This document shows positions 9,903 to 20,548 of a DNA stretch of 64,000 nucleotides, piece after piece. The stretch spans positions 224,001 to 288,000 of the forward strand of contig CAWAUV010000005.1 in the NCBI GenBank assembly GCA_963785305.1. Direction: 5' to 3'. Every line of letters starts with the position of its first letter. The first letter of the stretch is position 1. A model generated the notes under the pieces. It did not search any database. It saw only the letters and a list, made by a program, of their open reading frames with translations, and had not been told where the DNA came from. Both the position numbers and the translations under genes were made by a program. This DNA is from an uncultured Planctomycetaceae bacterium. GTDB taxonomy: Bacteria > Planctomycetota > Planctomycetia > Pirellulales > PALSA-1355.

Positions 9903-10763
9903 CTATTCCACGAATTCGGGCGTCACGAGCCGATCGATCACGCCGGCTTGGTAGCCGCGCGCGAGCAACTCGCCCACCGCTTGCCGCCCGCGCGGGCCGA
10001 AGTCGAGCGTCCAGTCGTTGACATACATGCCCACGAACTTATCGGCCTGAGACCGGTCGAGATCGCGACCGTAGCGCAGCGCGTGATCGAGCGCTTCGCC
10101 GCGATGCTCGAGGCCATAGCGAATGCTCTCGCCGAGCAGCCGATTCACGTCGCGAATCGTTTCGGGGCCCAAATCCTTGCGAACCGCGTTGGCGCCTAGC
10201 GGGAGCGGCAGGCCGGTTTCCTCGAGCCACCAGGCGCCGAGATCGACAATGAGCTTCAGATCGTGGTTGCCATAGGTGAGCTGGCCCTCGTGAATGATCA
10301 GGCCGGCGTCGACCGGAGTTCCGCGGTATTCGCCGGCCTCGACGATCGTGAGCAATTCGTCGAACGGCGCCACCACATGCTTGAAATCCCCGGCCAGCCA
10401 GAGCCGCAGCGCCAGAAACGCCGTCGTGAGCGTGCCCGGCACGGCGATCGTCTTGCCGCGCATCGACTCCCGGTCGCCAGCCTCGCGGGCCACGACCATC
10501 GGGCCATAGCCGTCGCCCATGCTCGCCCCGCAGGTGCAGAGAACGTATTTATCGGCCAAATAGGCGTAGGCGTGCAGACTCACGGCCGTGAGCTCCAGAT
10601 CGGCCGAAAACGCGCGGCGGTTGAGTGTCTCGATATCGACCAGTTCGTGCTCGAACCGGTAGCCGTGCGTGTCGATCGTGTGGTTGGCGAGCGCGTGAAA
10701 CATGAACGCATCGTCGGGATCGGGACTGTGTCCCACGCGGATCAATTGCTCGGTGACGACCAA
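9903..10763 (-). CDS. mqnD: 1,4-dihydroxy-6-naphthoate synthase-like protein (MqnD, futalosine pathway)
   Basis: GHSPDPDDAFMF, GASMGDGYGP, PGTLTTA, LIIHEGQLTY, LPLPLG, MYVN; AAGGAG RBS before TTG 10763. Confidence 0.8.
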   Translation of the reverse strand: MVVTEQLIRVGHSPDPDDAFMFHALANHTIDTHGYRFEHELVDIETLNRRAFSADLELTAVSLHAYAYLADKYVLCTCGASMGDGYGPMVVAREAGDRESMRGKTIAVPGTLTTAFLALRLWLAGDFKHVVAPFDELLTIVEAGEYRGTPVDAGLIIHEGQLTYGNHDLKLIVDLGAWWLEETGLPLPLGANAVRKDLGPETIRDVNRLLGESIRYGLEHRGEALDHALRYGRDLDRSQADKFVGMYVNDWTLDFGPRGRQAVGELLARGYQAGVIDRLVTPEFVE

Positions 10764-10886
10764 ACGCTGCTCCTTATGCGAAAACGGGCGAACTGGAAAC
10801 CGATGGGACCCGGCGGACGACGGAAATTGGTTCGTGGGGCACGGTCCATGGATTGACCCTATCATAAGATTTCGCCGCCCCAGACG

Positions 10887-11818
10887 TCAAACCACCGGCC
10901 GGGCGGAGCGCGAATGATCGAGCTCCTCGCGGGTCGGGAGCGAGGGCTGGGCGCCGAGGCGGGTCGTGGCGAGGGCCGCGGCGAAGCAGGCTTCGCGCAC
11001 CGCTTCAACCGGGGCCAGCCCGCGGGCTAGCGACACGGCGAGCGCCCGTTGAAGGCGTCGCCGGCGGCGGTCGTGTCGAGCGAGTTGACTTGCCGGCTCG
11101 CGATCAGGACATCGCCCTCGGTGGTTGAAAGCAGCGCGCCGCGAGCGCCGAGCGTGACAATCACATTCCGAGCGCCCGCTTCACGGAGCGCGGCGGCGGC
11201 GCGGCGGGCCGTTGCCTCATCGTGAACCGCAATGCCGGTCAGCGTCGCGGCTTCATGTTCATTGGGCGTGAGATAGGTCGATAGTCGAAGCAATTCGCTT
11301 TCCAGCGGCGCGGCCGGCGCGGGATCGAGAATCACGATTCGCCCCGCCTCGGACGCGATCCGCGCGGCCCGCAATACGGCGTCGCGCGGGATTTCAAGTT
11401 GCAGCAGCAGCGCGGCGGCTTCTCGAATCGCCGCCGCGGCCCGGTCGACATCGGCGGATCGCAAGTGGGCATTGGCGCCGGAACTGACGGCGATCGAGTT
11501 CTCGCCGGCGGCGTCGACCAGGATCATCGCCACTCCGGTCGCCAGCTCGGGCTCGCGCGTGACGTGAGCCGTGGCGATGCCTTCGCGGCGAAAGCCGTCG
11601 AGCGATTGATCGCCAAACGCGTCGGCGCCGACCTTGGCCACGAGCGACACGCGCGCCCCCAGCCGCGCCGCGGCCACGGCCTGATTGGCGCCCTTGCCGC
11701 CAGCGGCCATGGAAAATCGCCCGCCGAGCACCGTCTCGCCGGGCCTCGGCAAACGCGGACCTTGGAGAATCATGTCGACATTCACACTGCCGACCACGGC
11801 GATCAAGGGTGCTTGCAT
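10887..11818 (-). CDS. rbsK: Ribokinase (frameshift at about 11040)
   Basis: GGKGANQAVAAARLG, TPNEHEA, DTTAAGDAFNG; the C-terminal GAQPSLP lies in the shifted frame. Confidence 0.9.
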
Positions 11819-12024
11819 GATTCGATGCTTGCTTTCCGCGCCGGGGGCGCTGCGCAGGAACCCCGCGGCGACAGGAACCCTCCTGCCTAGATAACTCGCG
11901 CTGCCCAGATTGCACAACCGGCAAAATTATTTTAATCCCTACCCGTCGCCCGACCGAATGAATAGACCGACGACGGCGCGGGATCGTTTGCGCCGTCATT
12001 CGTTGTATGCGAGCACTGCAAGTC

Positions 12025-12888
12025 ATGGCAACCGACGCCAACGACAATTCGACTTCCGATACCCAGGGCGCCTCGGCCGGCGATATCATCGTCGACACCG
12101 GCAGCGTGGCGTTCGACGCGCTGGTGCTCCTGGGCGATATCGGTCAGTTCACCTTCAGCATGCTCTCCTGGCTTTTCGGCCGGCTTCCGCGCCGCGAGAC
12201 CTTGCTGCCGAACTTCTATCAGATCGGCGTATTGAGTTTTCCGGTGGTGGCGCTCACGGGCACCTTCATCGGCATGGTGCTTGCCGTGCAGAGTTATTCG
12301 CAATTCAAGGTCTACAAGCTCGACACCCGGCTCGGCGCGGTGATCAATATCGCGCTGGTGCGCGAGCTGGGCCCGGTGCTCGCCGCCACGATGCTCGCCG
12401 GACGCGTCGGCAGCTCGATGGCCGCGGAACTGGGCACGATGCGCGTCACCGAGCAAATCGACGCCCTGTCGAGCATGGGCGCCAACCCGATTCATTATCT
12501 CGTCGTGCCCCGGTTTCTGGCATGTCTGGTGTTGATACCCTCGTTGACGGTCATGGCCGACTTCATGGGCGTCGTGGGCGCGGCGTTTTACAGCATCTAT
12601 GTGCTGGGCATCGACTCGCATCACTACTGGGAAAATTCGCGCCGCTTCGTGGGCAACTACGATCTGTTTACCGGCATCTTCAAAAGCATGTTCTTCGGCG
12701 CGGCGATCGCCATCATCAGTTGCCACCGCGGGTTTCACTGTCAACCGGGCGCCGAGGGCGTGGGCCGCGCCGCGACCGCCGCGTTCGTGCATTCGTTCGT
12801 CGTGATTCTGATGCTCGATCTGATCCTGAGCATTTTCTTGAACGATCTCTACAACCTGCTCTGGCCCACGGCCGTGAACCTGTTTTGA
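12025..12888 (+). CDS. mlaE: MlaE-family ABC permease
   Basis: RELGPVLAATMLAGRVGSSMAAELGTMRVTEQIDAL. Confidence 0.9.
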   Translation: MATDANDNSTSDTQGASAGDIIVDTGSVAFDALVLLGDIGQFTFSMLSWLFGRLPRRETLLPNFYQIGVLSFPVVALTGTFIGMVLAVQSYSQFKVYKLDTRLGAVINIALVRELGPVLAATMLAGRVGSSMAAELGTMRVTEQIDALSSMGANPIHYLVVPRFLACLVLIPSLTVMADFMGVVGAAFYSIYVLGIDSHHYWENSRRFVGNYDLFTGIFKSMFFGAAIAIISCHRGFHCQPGAEGVGRAATAAFVHSFVVILMLDLILSIFLNDLYNLLWPTAVNLF

Positions 12889-12941
12889 ACCGCGCGAGTC
12901 GAATCCGGTTCCGTCCGCAATCCATTGTGTGAAATTTCAGC

Positions 12942-13784
12942 ATGTCCGGCGAACAACAATCTTCGGCTCCCCATGGCCCGCAGGTGTCGCTGCGCGGCGT
13001 GTCGGTGGGCTTTGGCTCGCAGCCAGTGCTGCGCTCGATCGATCTGGAAGTGCCCCGGGGCCAGACGCTCGTGATTATTGGCGAAAGCGGTTGCGGCAAG
13101 ACGGTGTTGCTCAAAACCATGATCGGCTTGGTGCGGCCCGCCGAAGGCACGGTGCTCTTCGACGCGATGAACCTCGCCGAACTGAGCGACCGCGATCTGA
13201 TGCGCGAGCGACAACGGATGGGTTTCTTGTTTCAAAGCGCGGCGCTCTTCGACAGCATGACCGTCGGCCAGAATGTCGGCTTTCCACTCCGAGAAAACAC
13301 CACGACGCCGGCCGCCAAGATCGACGAAATCGTGCTGGCCCGATTGGCCGAGGTGGGATTGCCGGAAAGCGTGATCGTGAAGAAGCCCGCCACGCTCTCG
13401 GGCGGCATGCGCAAACGCGTGGGCTTGGCTCGAGCCTTGGCGATGGACCCCGAATTGATGCTCTACGATGAACCGACCACCGGGCTCGACCCGATCATGA
13501 GCGATGTGATCAACGAGCTCGTGATCCGCACTCGCGAGCGGCTGAGCGTGACAAGCATCGTAGTCACCCATGACATGCACACCGTCGAGCGCGTGGCCGA
13601 CCGAGTGGTGATGCTCTTTCCCGTTGCCCGGCTCGACGGCGACGAATCGCAAATCATCTTCGATGGCACGCATGGCGAATTGATGAAGTGTCGCGATCCG
13701 CGGGTATCGCAGTTCGTGCGCGGCGAGGCCGGGGAGCGGCTGATGGAAATGCGAAAACTAAACGGTCCGAAAGCAGCGGTCTAA
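12942..13784 (+). CDS. mlaF: MlaF-family ABC ATPase
   Basis: Walker A GESGCGKT, LSGGMRKRVGLARA, LYDEPTTGLDP. Confidence 0.9.
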   Translation: MSGEQQSSAPHGPQVSLRGVSVGFGSQPVLRSIDLEVPRGQTLVIIGESGCGKTVLLKTMIGLVRPAEGTVLFDAMNLAELSDRDLMRERQRMGFLFQSAALFDSMTVGQNVGFPLRENTTTPAAKIDEIVLARLAEVGLPESVIVKKPATLSGGMRKRVGLARALAMDPELMLYDEPTTGLDPIMSDVINELVIRTRERLSVTSIVVTHDMHTVERVADRVVMLFPVARLDGDESQIIFDGTHGELMKCRDPRVSQFVRGEAGERLMEMRKLNGPKAAV

Positions 13785-13808
13785 GAGCACGGGAGCTAGG
13801 CGCGGCGC

Positions 13809-14882
13809 ATGGACGAGCGGATCATCAAATTTCGAGTCGGCGTCATGGTGCTTTCCACCATGCTGATCGTCGGCATTCTGGTGATCCTGTTTGGAGCGCT
13901 CCCCGCGTTTTTCAACGGCGCCTATACCGTCTATCTTTGGTTTCCGGAAACCCCCGGCGCCGCCGCGGGCACCCCGGTGCGCAAGGATGGCATTCTGATC
14001 GGCCGGGTGACGAATGTGAAACTGATCGACGCCGGCGTGGTCGTGACCACCACGATCGACGGGAAATACAAGCTCCGCCGAAGCGAAGTCTGCCGCTTCA
14101 CCAGCACTCTGCTGGGCGACGCCGTGTTGCAATTCGTGCGCGGCCCGGGCGGACGTGGCGATGAGTTCATTCAAAACGGCGATTACATCGAAGGCGTCAT
14201 GGCCGCCAACCCGCTCCAAATGCTCGATTCGATTCAGGGCGATTTCGTCCAAGCGGTCGGCTCGATCTCCGCGGCCGGTCGCAATGTGGCCGAGCTCAGC
14301 GATTCGGTCAACCACTTCTTCATTCGCAACGACGAGCAACTGAACCGCATCGTCGGCAAAACCGAGCTCGCGCTCGACAACTTCCAGAAAGCCGCGAGCG
14401 ACATCGATTCGCTTATCTCCGATCCGCAAATGCGCGAAGACCTGCGAAAGGGCCTCGCCGGCTTGCCGCAGTTGCTCAATGACACACGCGACGCCGTGGC
14501 CGCAGTGCGCCAAGCCACGGGCCTGGCGTCCGAAAATCTCGAAGCCTTGCAAGGGCTCACGAAACCGCTCGGCGAGCGCGGACCCGAGATTGCCCAAAGC
14601 GTCGACGAAAGCGTCAACCGGCTCAATCAACTTCTCTCCCAGTTCGTGCAGTTCAGCAAGGCAATCAACAGTCGCCAGGGCTCGTTAGGGAGGATCGTCA
14701 ACGATCCGGAGCTCTATCAGCGGCTCAATGCGGCGGCGAAACAAGTGGAATGCATTGCCAACGAAGTCCGCAAGGAATTGCGGCCGATTCTCCAGAATGT
14801 CGAAGTCATTACCGACAAGGCGGCGCGGCATCCCGGCGTGTTTATTCGCGACGCCGTGAAACCGGGGCCGGGGATGAAATAG
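13809..14882 (+). CDS. mlaD: MlaD/MCE-family protein
   Basis: N-terminal TM helix, GTPVRKDGILIGRV MCE motif, helical tail; in operon with mlaEF. Confidence 0.85.
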   Translation: MDERIIKFRVGVMVLSTMLIVGILVILFGALPAFFNGAYTVYLWFPETPGAAAGTPVRKDGILIGRVTNVKLIDAGVVVTTTIDGKYKLRRSEVCRFTSTLLGDAVLQFVRGPGGRGDEFIQNGDYIEGVMAANPLQMLDSIQGDFVQAVGSISAAGRNVAELSDSVNHFFIRNDEQLNRIVGKTELALDNFQKAASDIDSLISDPQMREDLRKGLAGLPQLLNDTRDAVAAVRQATGLASENLEALQGLTKPLGERGPEIAQSVDESVNRLNQLLSQFVQFSKAINSRQGSLGRIVNDPELYQRLNAAAKQVECIANEVRKELRPILQNVEVITDKAARHPGVFIRDAVKPGPGMK

Positions 14883-15023
14883 CGGATCCTCGGCGCGAGA
14901 AAAAACGCGCGAGCCGTGGATGCCGATCTTTCGCCCAGGCTACACTAGCCGGTGGCCGGAGCACCCCAGCGAGCCGAGGGGCAGCCCGCGAGCCATCCCC
15001 CTCACCCACGAAAGGCGAGCACC

Positions 15024-15713
15024 ATGGTGAACCTCCCGCGGCGACGCGTTGCACTGGCGAGTCTGGCGGCGGCCGGGCTCGCGCTCTTGGTTGCCCACGG
15101 CCTCCATGCGGCCGATGAGAAACAGAATCGCTTCGAAAACGAGATTCTCGCGTTTGAGAAGGCCGACGCCTCGAACCCGCCGCCGAAGGACGCGATTCTA
15201 TTCATCGGCTCTTCGGGCATTCGACTCTGGAAATCGCTCGCGTCGGATTTCCCGCGCCATCAGGTCATCAACCGCGGTTTCGGCGGCTCGCATATTTCCG
15301 ACTCCCTCCACTACGCCGATCGGATCGTGATTCCCTATCGGCCGCGGCTCATCGTTTTCCGGGCCGGAATCAACGATATCCACGCCGGCAAATCGCCCGA
15401 GCAAGTGGCCGCCGATTTCAAGGCGTTTGTCGACAAAGTTCGGGCCGCTTTGCCCGACACGCGCATTGCGTTCATGGCGATCAATCCCAGTCCCTCGCGG
15501 ATCAAGAATATCGACAGGGAACGCCGAGCCAACGAGTTGATCCAAGCCTATATCCAGTCGCAGGGCAATCTGGACTACATCGACATCTTCAATCCGATGC
15601 TCGGCGCCGATGGCCAGCCGCGGCCGGAATTGTATATCGCCGATCGGCTGCATCCGAGCGCCGAGGGCTACAAACTCTGGACCGAGCTTGTGACGCCGCA
15701 CTTGCCGAAGTGA
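15024..15713 (+). CDS. Secreted SGNH/GDSL hydrolase
   Basis: FIGSSG, NRGFGGS, AGINDI, DRLHP; signal peptide. Confidence 0.85.
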   Translation: MVNLPRRRVALASLAAAGLALLVAHGLHAADEKQNRFENEILAFEKADASNPPPKDAILFIGSSGIRLWKSLASDFPRHQVINRGFGGSHISDSLHYADRIVIPYRPRLIVFRAGINDIHAGKSPEQVAADFKAFVDKVRAALPDTRIAFMAINPSPSRIKNIDRERRANELIQAYIQSQGNLDYIDIFNPMLGADGQPRPELYIADRLHPSAEGYKLWTELVTPHLPK

Positions 15714-15813
15714 GCGGCGAACTTGCTCGCGCGGTCGCTTCTTGGCGTTTGAAACACGTTCAAAAACGCGAGGACTCGCTGCTGGCGGTCTATTGGATAC
15801 TTCAAAGAGCTGC

Positions 15814-16983
15814 TTAGAACTGGGGCCGGCTCGGCGGCAGGCCGGCTCGTATGCTGCTCACCTTGGGCGCGTCGAGCGGAACCGGCGCGTCTAGCGGCGA
15901 ATCGCTCGGCGCTTCGTGCGACTTCGCGCGAGCATACTGATTCACGAAGTCGGCGTCGTGGCCGCTGAGCCGCTCGAAGGGCACGGTCGTGTAGCGGCCG
16001 GTGTCTTTGAGCAGCCGCACCTTGCCATCGAGCAGCGCATCGATGCGTGCGAACACTCGGTATTGCCCGGTGTCGTCGGTCCACCAGCGCATTCCGCTCG
16101 CGTCGCTCTCGGCCACCTGGGGAGCGGCTTCGATCGCCGGCGATCGAGGCGATTCCGGCGACCCAGCGGCCACGCTCGGCGAAGCCGGTTCTTCGGGGCC
16201 CAGGCCAAACAGATCGTCGGCGCTTTCGGCCGGCTTCTTCGGCGCAGGCGCTTTCGTCGGCGCCGGCTTGGCGCCATTGTCTTCGTCGAACAGACTGTCG
16301 ATGTCGTCCTTCTTAAGAGGCGACGAGGCCGGGGCTGGTTTCTCGGTCGGCGTGCCGGCGTCGAACAGATTGTCTTCGGTCGGAGCGCTCGGTTTGGCGG
16401 GCATCGCCGGCTTGGCGGGGCCTGAGTCGAACAGATCGTCTTCGGCCGGGTTGGTCGGGGCCTTGGGCGCCGGCTTGGTCGAGTCGTTGAACAGATCGTC
16501 TTCGGCCGGCTTCGCGACCGGCTGAGTTTTGGGCGCCGGCATCGGCGGAGCCGCCGGCTCGGGCGGCGCTGGAATCACGGCGGGCGTCGGCGGTGCGGCT
16601 TGCACATTCGCCGGCGGAGGAAACTGGGCCGGCGGAGCCGAACGAGGAACTGTCGGCGGAGCCGCGGCCGGATCTGGAGTTATCGGCGGCGCGGCTGGCG
16701 CTGGAGTCGGCGCCATTTCATGGCTCGCTCCGGGCGCCGGGGTCGATGCGTCCATGCCGGCGTCGGGTGTCGGCCGCGGGCCTTCACCCGAATTGGTCGC
16801 GCCCGGAACCGCCGTATCGCAATTCACCACGGGCTCACAGGGCGTGCAGGCGGTGACACGTGGGGCACAAGAGCAGCGGCATGCCGAACGTCGGAACAGC
16901 CCCATGCGACATGCCGCCGCCGGCTCGACCACGAGCATCGTCACGACGGCCCAAATCACGAGCACCTTACCTTGACGCCGCAT
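15814..16983 (-). CDS. Secreted Pro-rich protein with C-terminal SHD1 (SLA1 homology) domain
   Basis: Signal peptide, short Cys-rich segment, Pro/Ala linker with repeated (E/D)DLF, then RWWTDDTGQYRVFARI...VPFERLSGHDADFV. Confidence 0.75.
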   Translation of the reverse strand: MRRQGKVLVIWAVVTMLVVEPAAACRMGLFRRSACRCSCAPRVTACTPCEPVVNCDTAVPGATNSGEGPRPTPDAGMDASTPAPGASHEMAPTPAPAAPPITPDPAAAPPTVPRSAPPAQFPPPANVQAAPPTPAVIPAPPEPAAPPMPAPKTQPVAKPAEDDLFNDSTKPAPKAPTNPAEDDLFDSGPAKPAMPAKPSAPTEDNLFDAGTPTEKPAPASSPLKKDDIDSLFDEDNGAKPAPTKAPAPKKPAESADDLFGLGPEEPASPSVAAGSPESPRSPAIEAAPQVAESDASGMRWWTDDTGQYRVFARIDALLDGKVRLLKDTGRYTTVPFERLSGHDADFVNQYARAKSHEAPSDSPLDAPVPLDAPKVSSIRAGLPPSRPQF

Positions 16984-17415
16984 ATCGACCTCCCACCTGC
17001 TTGCTCAACGGAATCGGGCCGCGAAGGGAAGCTCGCGACGCGAAAATTCAAAAACGAAAATTCTATCTAAGATTAGCTGACAATTTCGCGTTCGTGGCAA
17101 ATCGCGCTTTTCGAGAATGCGAATCGGAGAGGACTTCTCAAAGCGGCTCGCCGCCGCAGGCCATTCGGCAAGACGGAACCTTCGATTGAAAGCTGCCCAC
17201 TTATGCTATCTTCACATCGCGGAGCCCGCAATCGCCTGCCGCGTTCTTTCCCCCAAGTCGCCCGCCCGTGGGGGGAAAAGGGGCCAATTGTGCCGTATCA
17301 TGCCCGTTTTAGCGGATATTCTTCCCCCGCGAATCGTGGCGAATAGGCCGAAGATCGTGGTCCTCCCGATTGCTTCCGCCAACGCGACGCCTCCGTGGAC
17401 GGCTTCAGCAGGTTG

Positions 17416-18723
17416 TCAGCCCACGCGACAAATAAAGCATTTCAGATACTCGCCCTCGAGACAGGTACGCGCTCACCGGATGATCGGGCGACGCTCCTCG
17501 AGTTCGAGAATCTGAAAGGGCCGGCGGCATTGCTGGGCCACGCCCACGAGCATCAGCAAAAAGTCCTCGCGCGTCACCGAGCCCGAGCAACTGCACGTCA
17601 CCAGAATTCCGCCGGGCTCGAGCGCGTCGACCGCCAGCCGATTGAGTCGGTGGTAGGCGCGGAGCGCGTCGTCGACTTGTTTGCGACTCCGGGCAAACTT
17701 GGGCGGGTCGAGCACCACGGCGCCAAATCGCTCGCCATCGCCGACCAACTTATCCAACGCGTCGAAACAGTCGGACATCTCGAAACGCGCGCTCGTCACA
17801 TCGTTGGTCCGCGCGTTGGCTCGGGCGAGCGCGATCGCCTTGGCGCTCGAGTCGAACCCGATCACTTCGGCGGCGTGGCCATGTTTCACGGCGTTGAGGC
17901 TGAAGCCGCCGCTATAGCAAAACATGTCGAGCACTCTACGATCGCGAAAATAGCGAGCCGCCGCCACTCGGTTGTCGCGTTGATCGAGATAGAAGCCGGT
18001 CTTTTGCCCCTCGGCCAGATCGACGCCATAGCGCAAGCCGCCTTCTTCGATCAAGATCGGCCCGGAGGGCGTTTCGCCCCACACACAGCCATCGCGCAGT
18101 TCGAACCCCTCGGCCTTGGACACGCCTTTTTCGGTTCGCAGCATGATTCCCCGCGGCTGGCAGCGAGCGGCCAACTGCTCGACGATCGAGGTCAGCCGAA
18201 CGCCGATTGCCAGCGCCGTAACCTGCACGCAAAGCCAGTCGGCATAGCGGTCCACGACCAAACCACTCAGGCCATCGCCTTCGCTAAAGATCAGGCGACA
18301 GGCGCCGCGGGGATTGTCGTAGCCCAGGTCGCGGCGCGCGGCGAGCGCGGCGTCGATCTTGGCGCCGAAAAAAATGTTGTCGAGCGGCGCGAGCGGGTCC
18401 CACGAATACAATCGCACTCGAATGCGGCTGCGGCTGTTATAGAGTCCGCGGGCGACGAACTTGCCGTTCTCGGCCACCAGGTCCACCACATCGCCATCGG
18501 CGGCGGGGCCATCGAGCCCCGCGATCGCCGAATCGAGCACCCAGGGATGCCGACCATAAAACGGCCTCGCCTTGCGCGGCCGCAGTTTGGCCAAGGCGCG
18601 TCCGAAGCCGGCGGCCGTGAGCCGCTCGGCGGGGCTTTCGCTTGCCAGACCGGTAGACTCGGCGGCCGACTTGGCGCCAGCCTCGCCTTCGCTGTTTGCA
18701 TGCTCGCCTGAAGTTGGATTCAT
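17416..18723 (-). CDS. rlmI: RlmI/RlmK-like class I SAM rRNA methyltransferase (C-terminal frameshifts)
   Basis: PUA-like HPWV, SEGDGLSGLVVDRY, GQKTGFYLDQRDNR, LDPPKF, TCSCS, PDHPV...EYLKC. Confidence 0.8.
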
Positions 18724-19079
18724 CGAAGATCGCCGATCGTGAAATTCTAACAATAAGGCATGGCTGTCGCGTGGGCGCGTTTGCGCCGATCGCGACAGAT
18801 GCCCGGGTCGCGACGCTTGCCGGGGTCGGATCGGGCAATGTCGCAAATAGCCAGGGCTTATGCAACCGGGCGCCGCGGGGGCCAAGGCACTTTAACGCGG
18901 CGTCAAGTCGAGCGCCGAGTTTTCGGGTCGCGGGGTTTCAACTACACTTGAATGATCGGCGGGCGATCGCTGGTCGCCTCGCGCGATTGCTGGCGTCCGA
19001 TGGCCACGCATGCTCCCCGAGGATCCGTTTTTTGGACGCCGCTCTCAACAACGCATCGTCGCCCAGCGCCGAACCCGCG

Positions 19080-20532
19080 ATGCCTCCGGGCGCCGGTGTC
19101 GTGCCGCTGTTTGTCGATCTCGATGGCACCTTGATCGCCACCGACATGTTCAGCGAATCGCTGGTCCTGGCGTGTAAAGACATTCGCCACGCGGCGCGAA
19201 TGCCCGGTTGGCTACTGCAAGGCCGGCCGGCGCTCAAGCGAGCCGTGGCCCAGCGCGTGGGGCCGACCGCCGCGCTCTTGCCATTGCAAAACGAAGCGGT
19301 CGAATTCGTCGAATCGCAGCGGCGGCTTGGGCGGCCGGTGATTCTTGCCTCGGCCACCGATATACGATTTGCCCGGCAAGCGGCCGAGCGGCTGGGGCCC
19401 TTTGACGATGTGATCGCCACCGATGGCGGCCTGAATCTCAAGGGCGCCAACAAGCTCGTGGCGATCGAAAACTATTGCCGGGAGCATGGATTCGAAAAGT
19501 TCGCCTACATGGGCGACGCGCATGCCGACTTACCCATCTGGCGCCAAGCGGCCGAAGCCCATGTCGTGGCGCCGAATCGCCGGCTCATGGCGTCGGTCGA
19601 AGCGCTCGGGCGGCCTATTTGGGTTCATGGCCAACCGACCTCGCGGCTGCGCGGTGCTCCGTGTGATTCGACCGTATCAATGGGTCAAGAACATACTGCT
19701 CGCGGTTTCGCTGGTGCTGGCGCACAAGCTGACCGATCTCGCGGCGTGGCGGGGCGTGTTTTGGGCGATCGTCGCTTTTTCGGCCGTGGCGTCGAGCGTG
19801 TATGTGCTCAACGACTTGCTCGATATCGAAAACGACCGCCGCCACGCGCGAAAAAAGCGGCGGCCGTTTGCCGCCGGCCAGCTTCCGGTCTCGTGGGGAC
19901 CGCCGCTCACGGCGGGGCTCGCGCTGGGGGGATTCGCCGTTTCCTTGGCCACGCTGTCGTGGCGATTCACGGCGCTGCTCGCCGTGTATCTTGTCGCCAC
20001 GCTGCTCTATTCGTTTTGGCTGAAGCGCAAAAGCCTGATCGACGTGCTGCTTTTGGCCGGTCTGTATACCTTGCGAATCATTGCCGGCGGCGAGGCCGCC
20101 GCGGCGCCGATCTCGGAGTGGCTGATGGCCTTGAGCCTGTTTTTGTTCACCTCGCTCGCCTTCGCCAAGCGCTATGCCGAGCTCGTGTCGCTTACCGACT
20201 CCGAGGAAGGAGGGCCCCGCGGTCGGGGCTATCGGCTCGAGGATTTGCGATTTATTGAAATCATGGGTCCCACGAGCGGCTATATGGCGGTGCTCGTCTT
20301 GGCGCTTTACATCCATAGCCCCGAGGTGAGCCGCTTTTACTATCACCCGCGCGTGCTGTGGCTGGTGTGCCCGCTGTTGCTCTATTGGGTGGGGCGACTC
20401 TGGTTGCTGGCGATGCGGCGGCGGCTGGAAGATGACCCGATCGTGTTCGCGCTGACGGATAAGATCAGTCTCTCCGTGGGCGTGCTCGTGGCGATCGTCA
20501 GTGTCTTGGCCACGATTCCCTGGAGCTGGTGA
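19080..20532 (+). CDS. HAD-like domain + UbiA prenyltransferase (decaprenyl-phosphate phosphoribosyltransferase-like); frameshift at about 19655
   Basis: VDLDGTL; RPYQWVKN, NDLLDIENDRRH..KKRRPFAAG, LAFAKRYAE, DDPIVFA. Confidence 0.85.
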
Positions 20533-20548
20533 AAGCGCGAAACACCCC

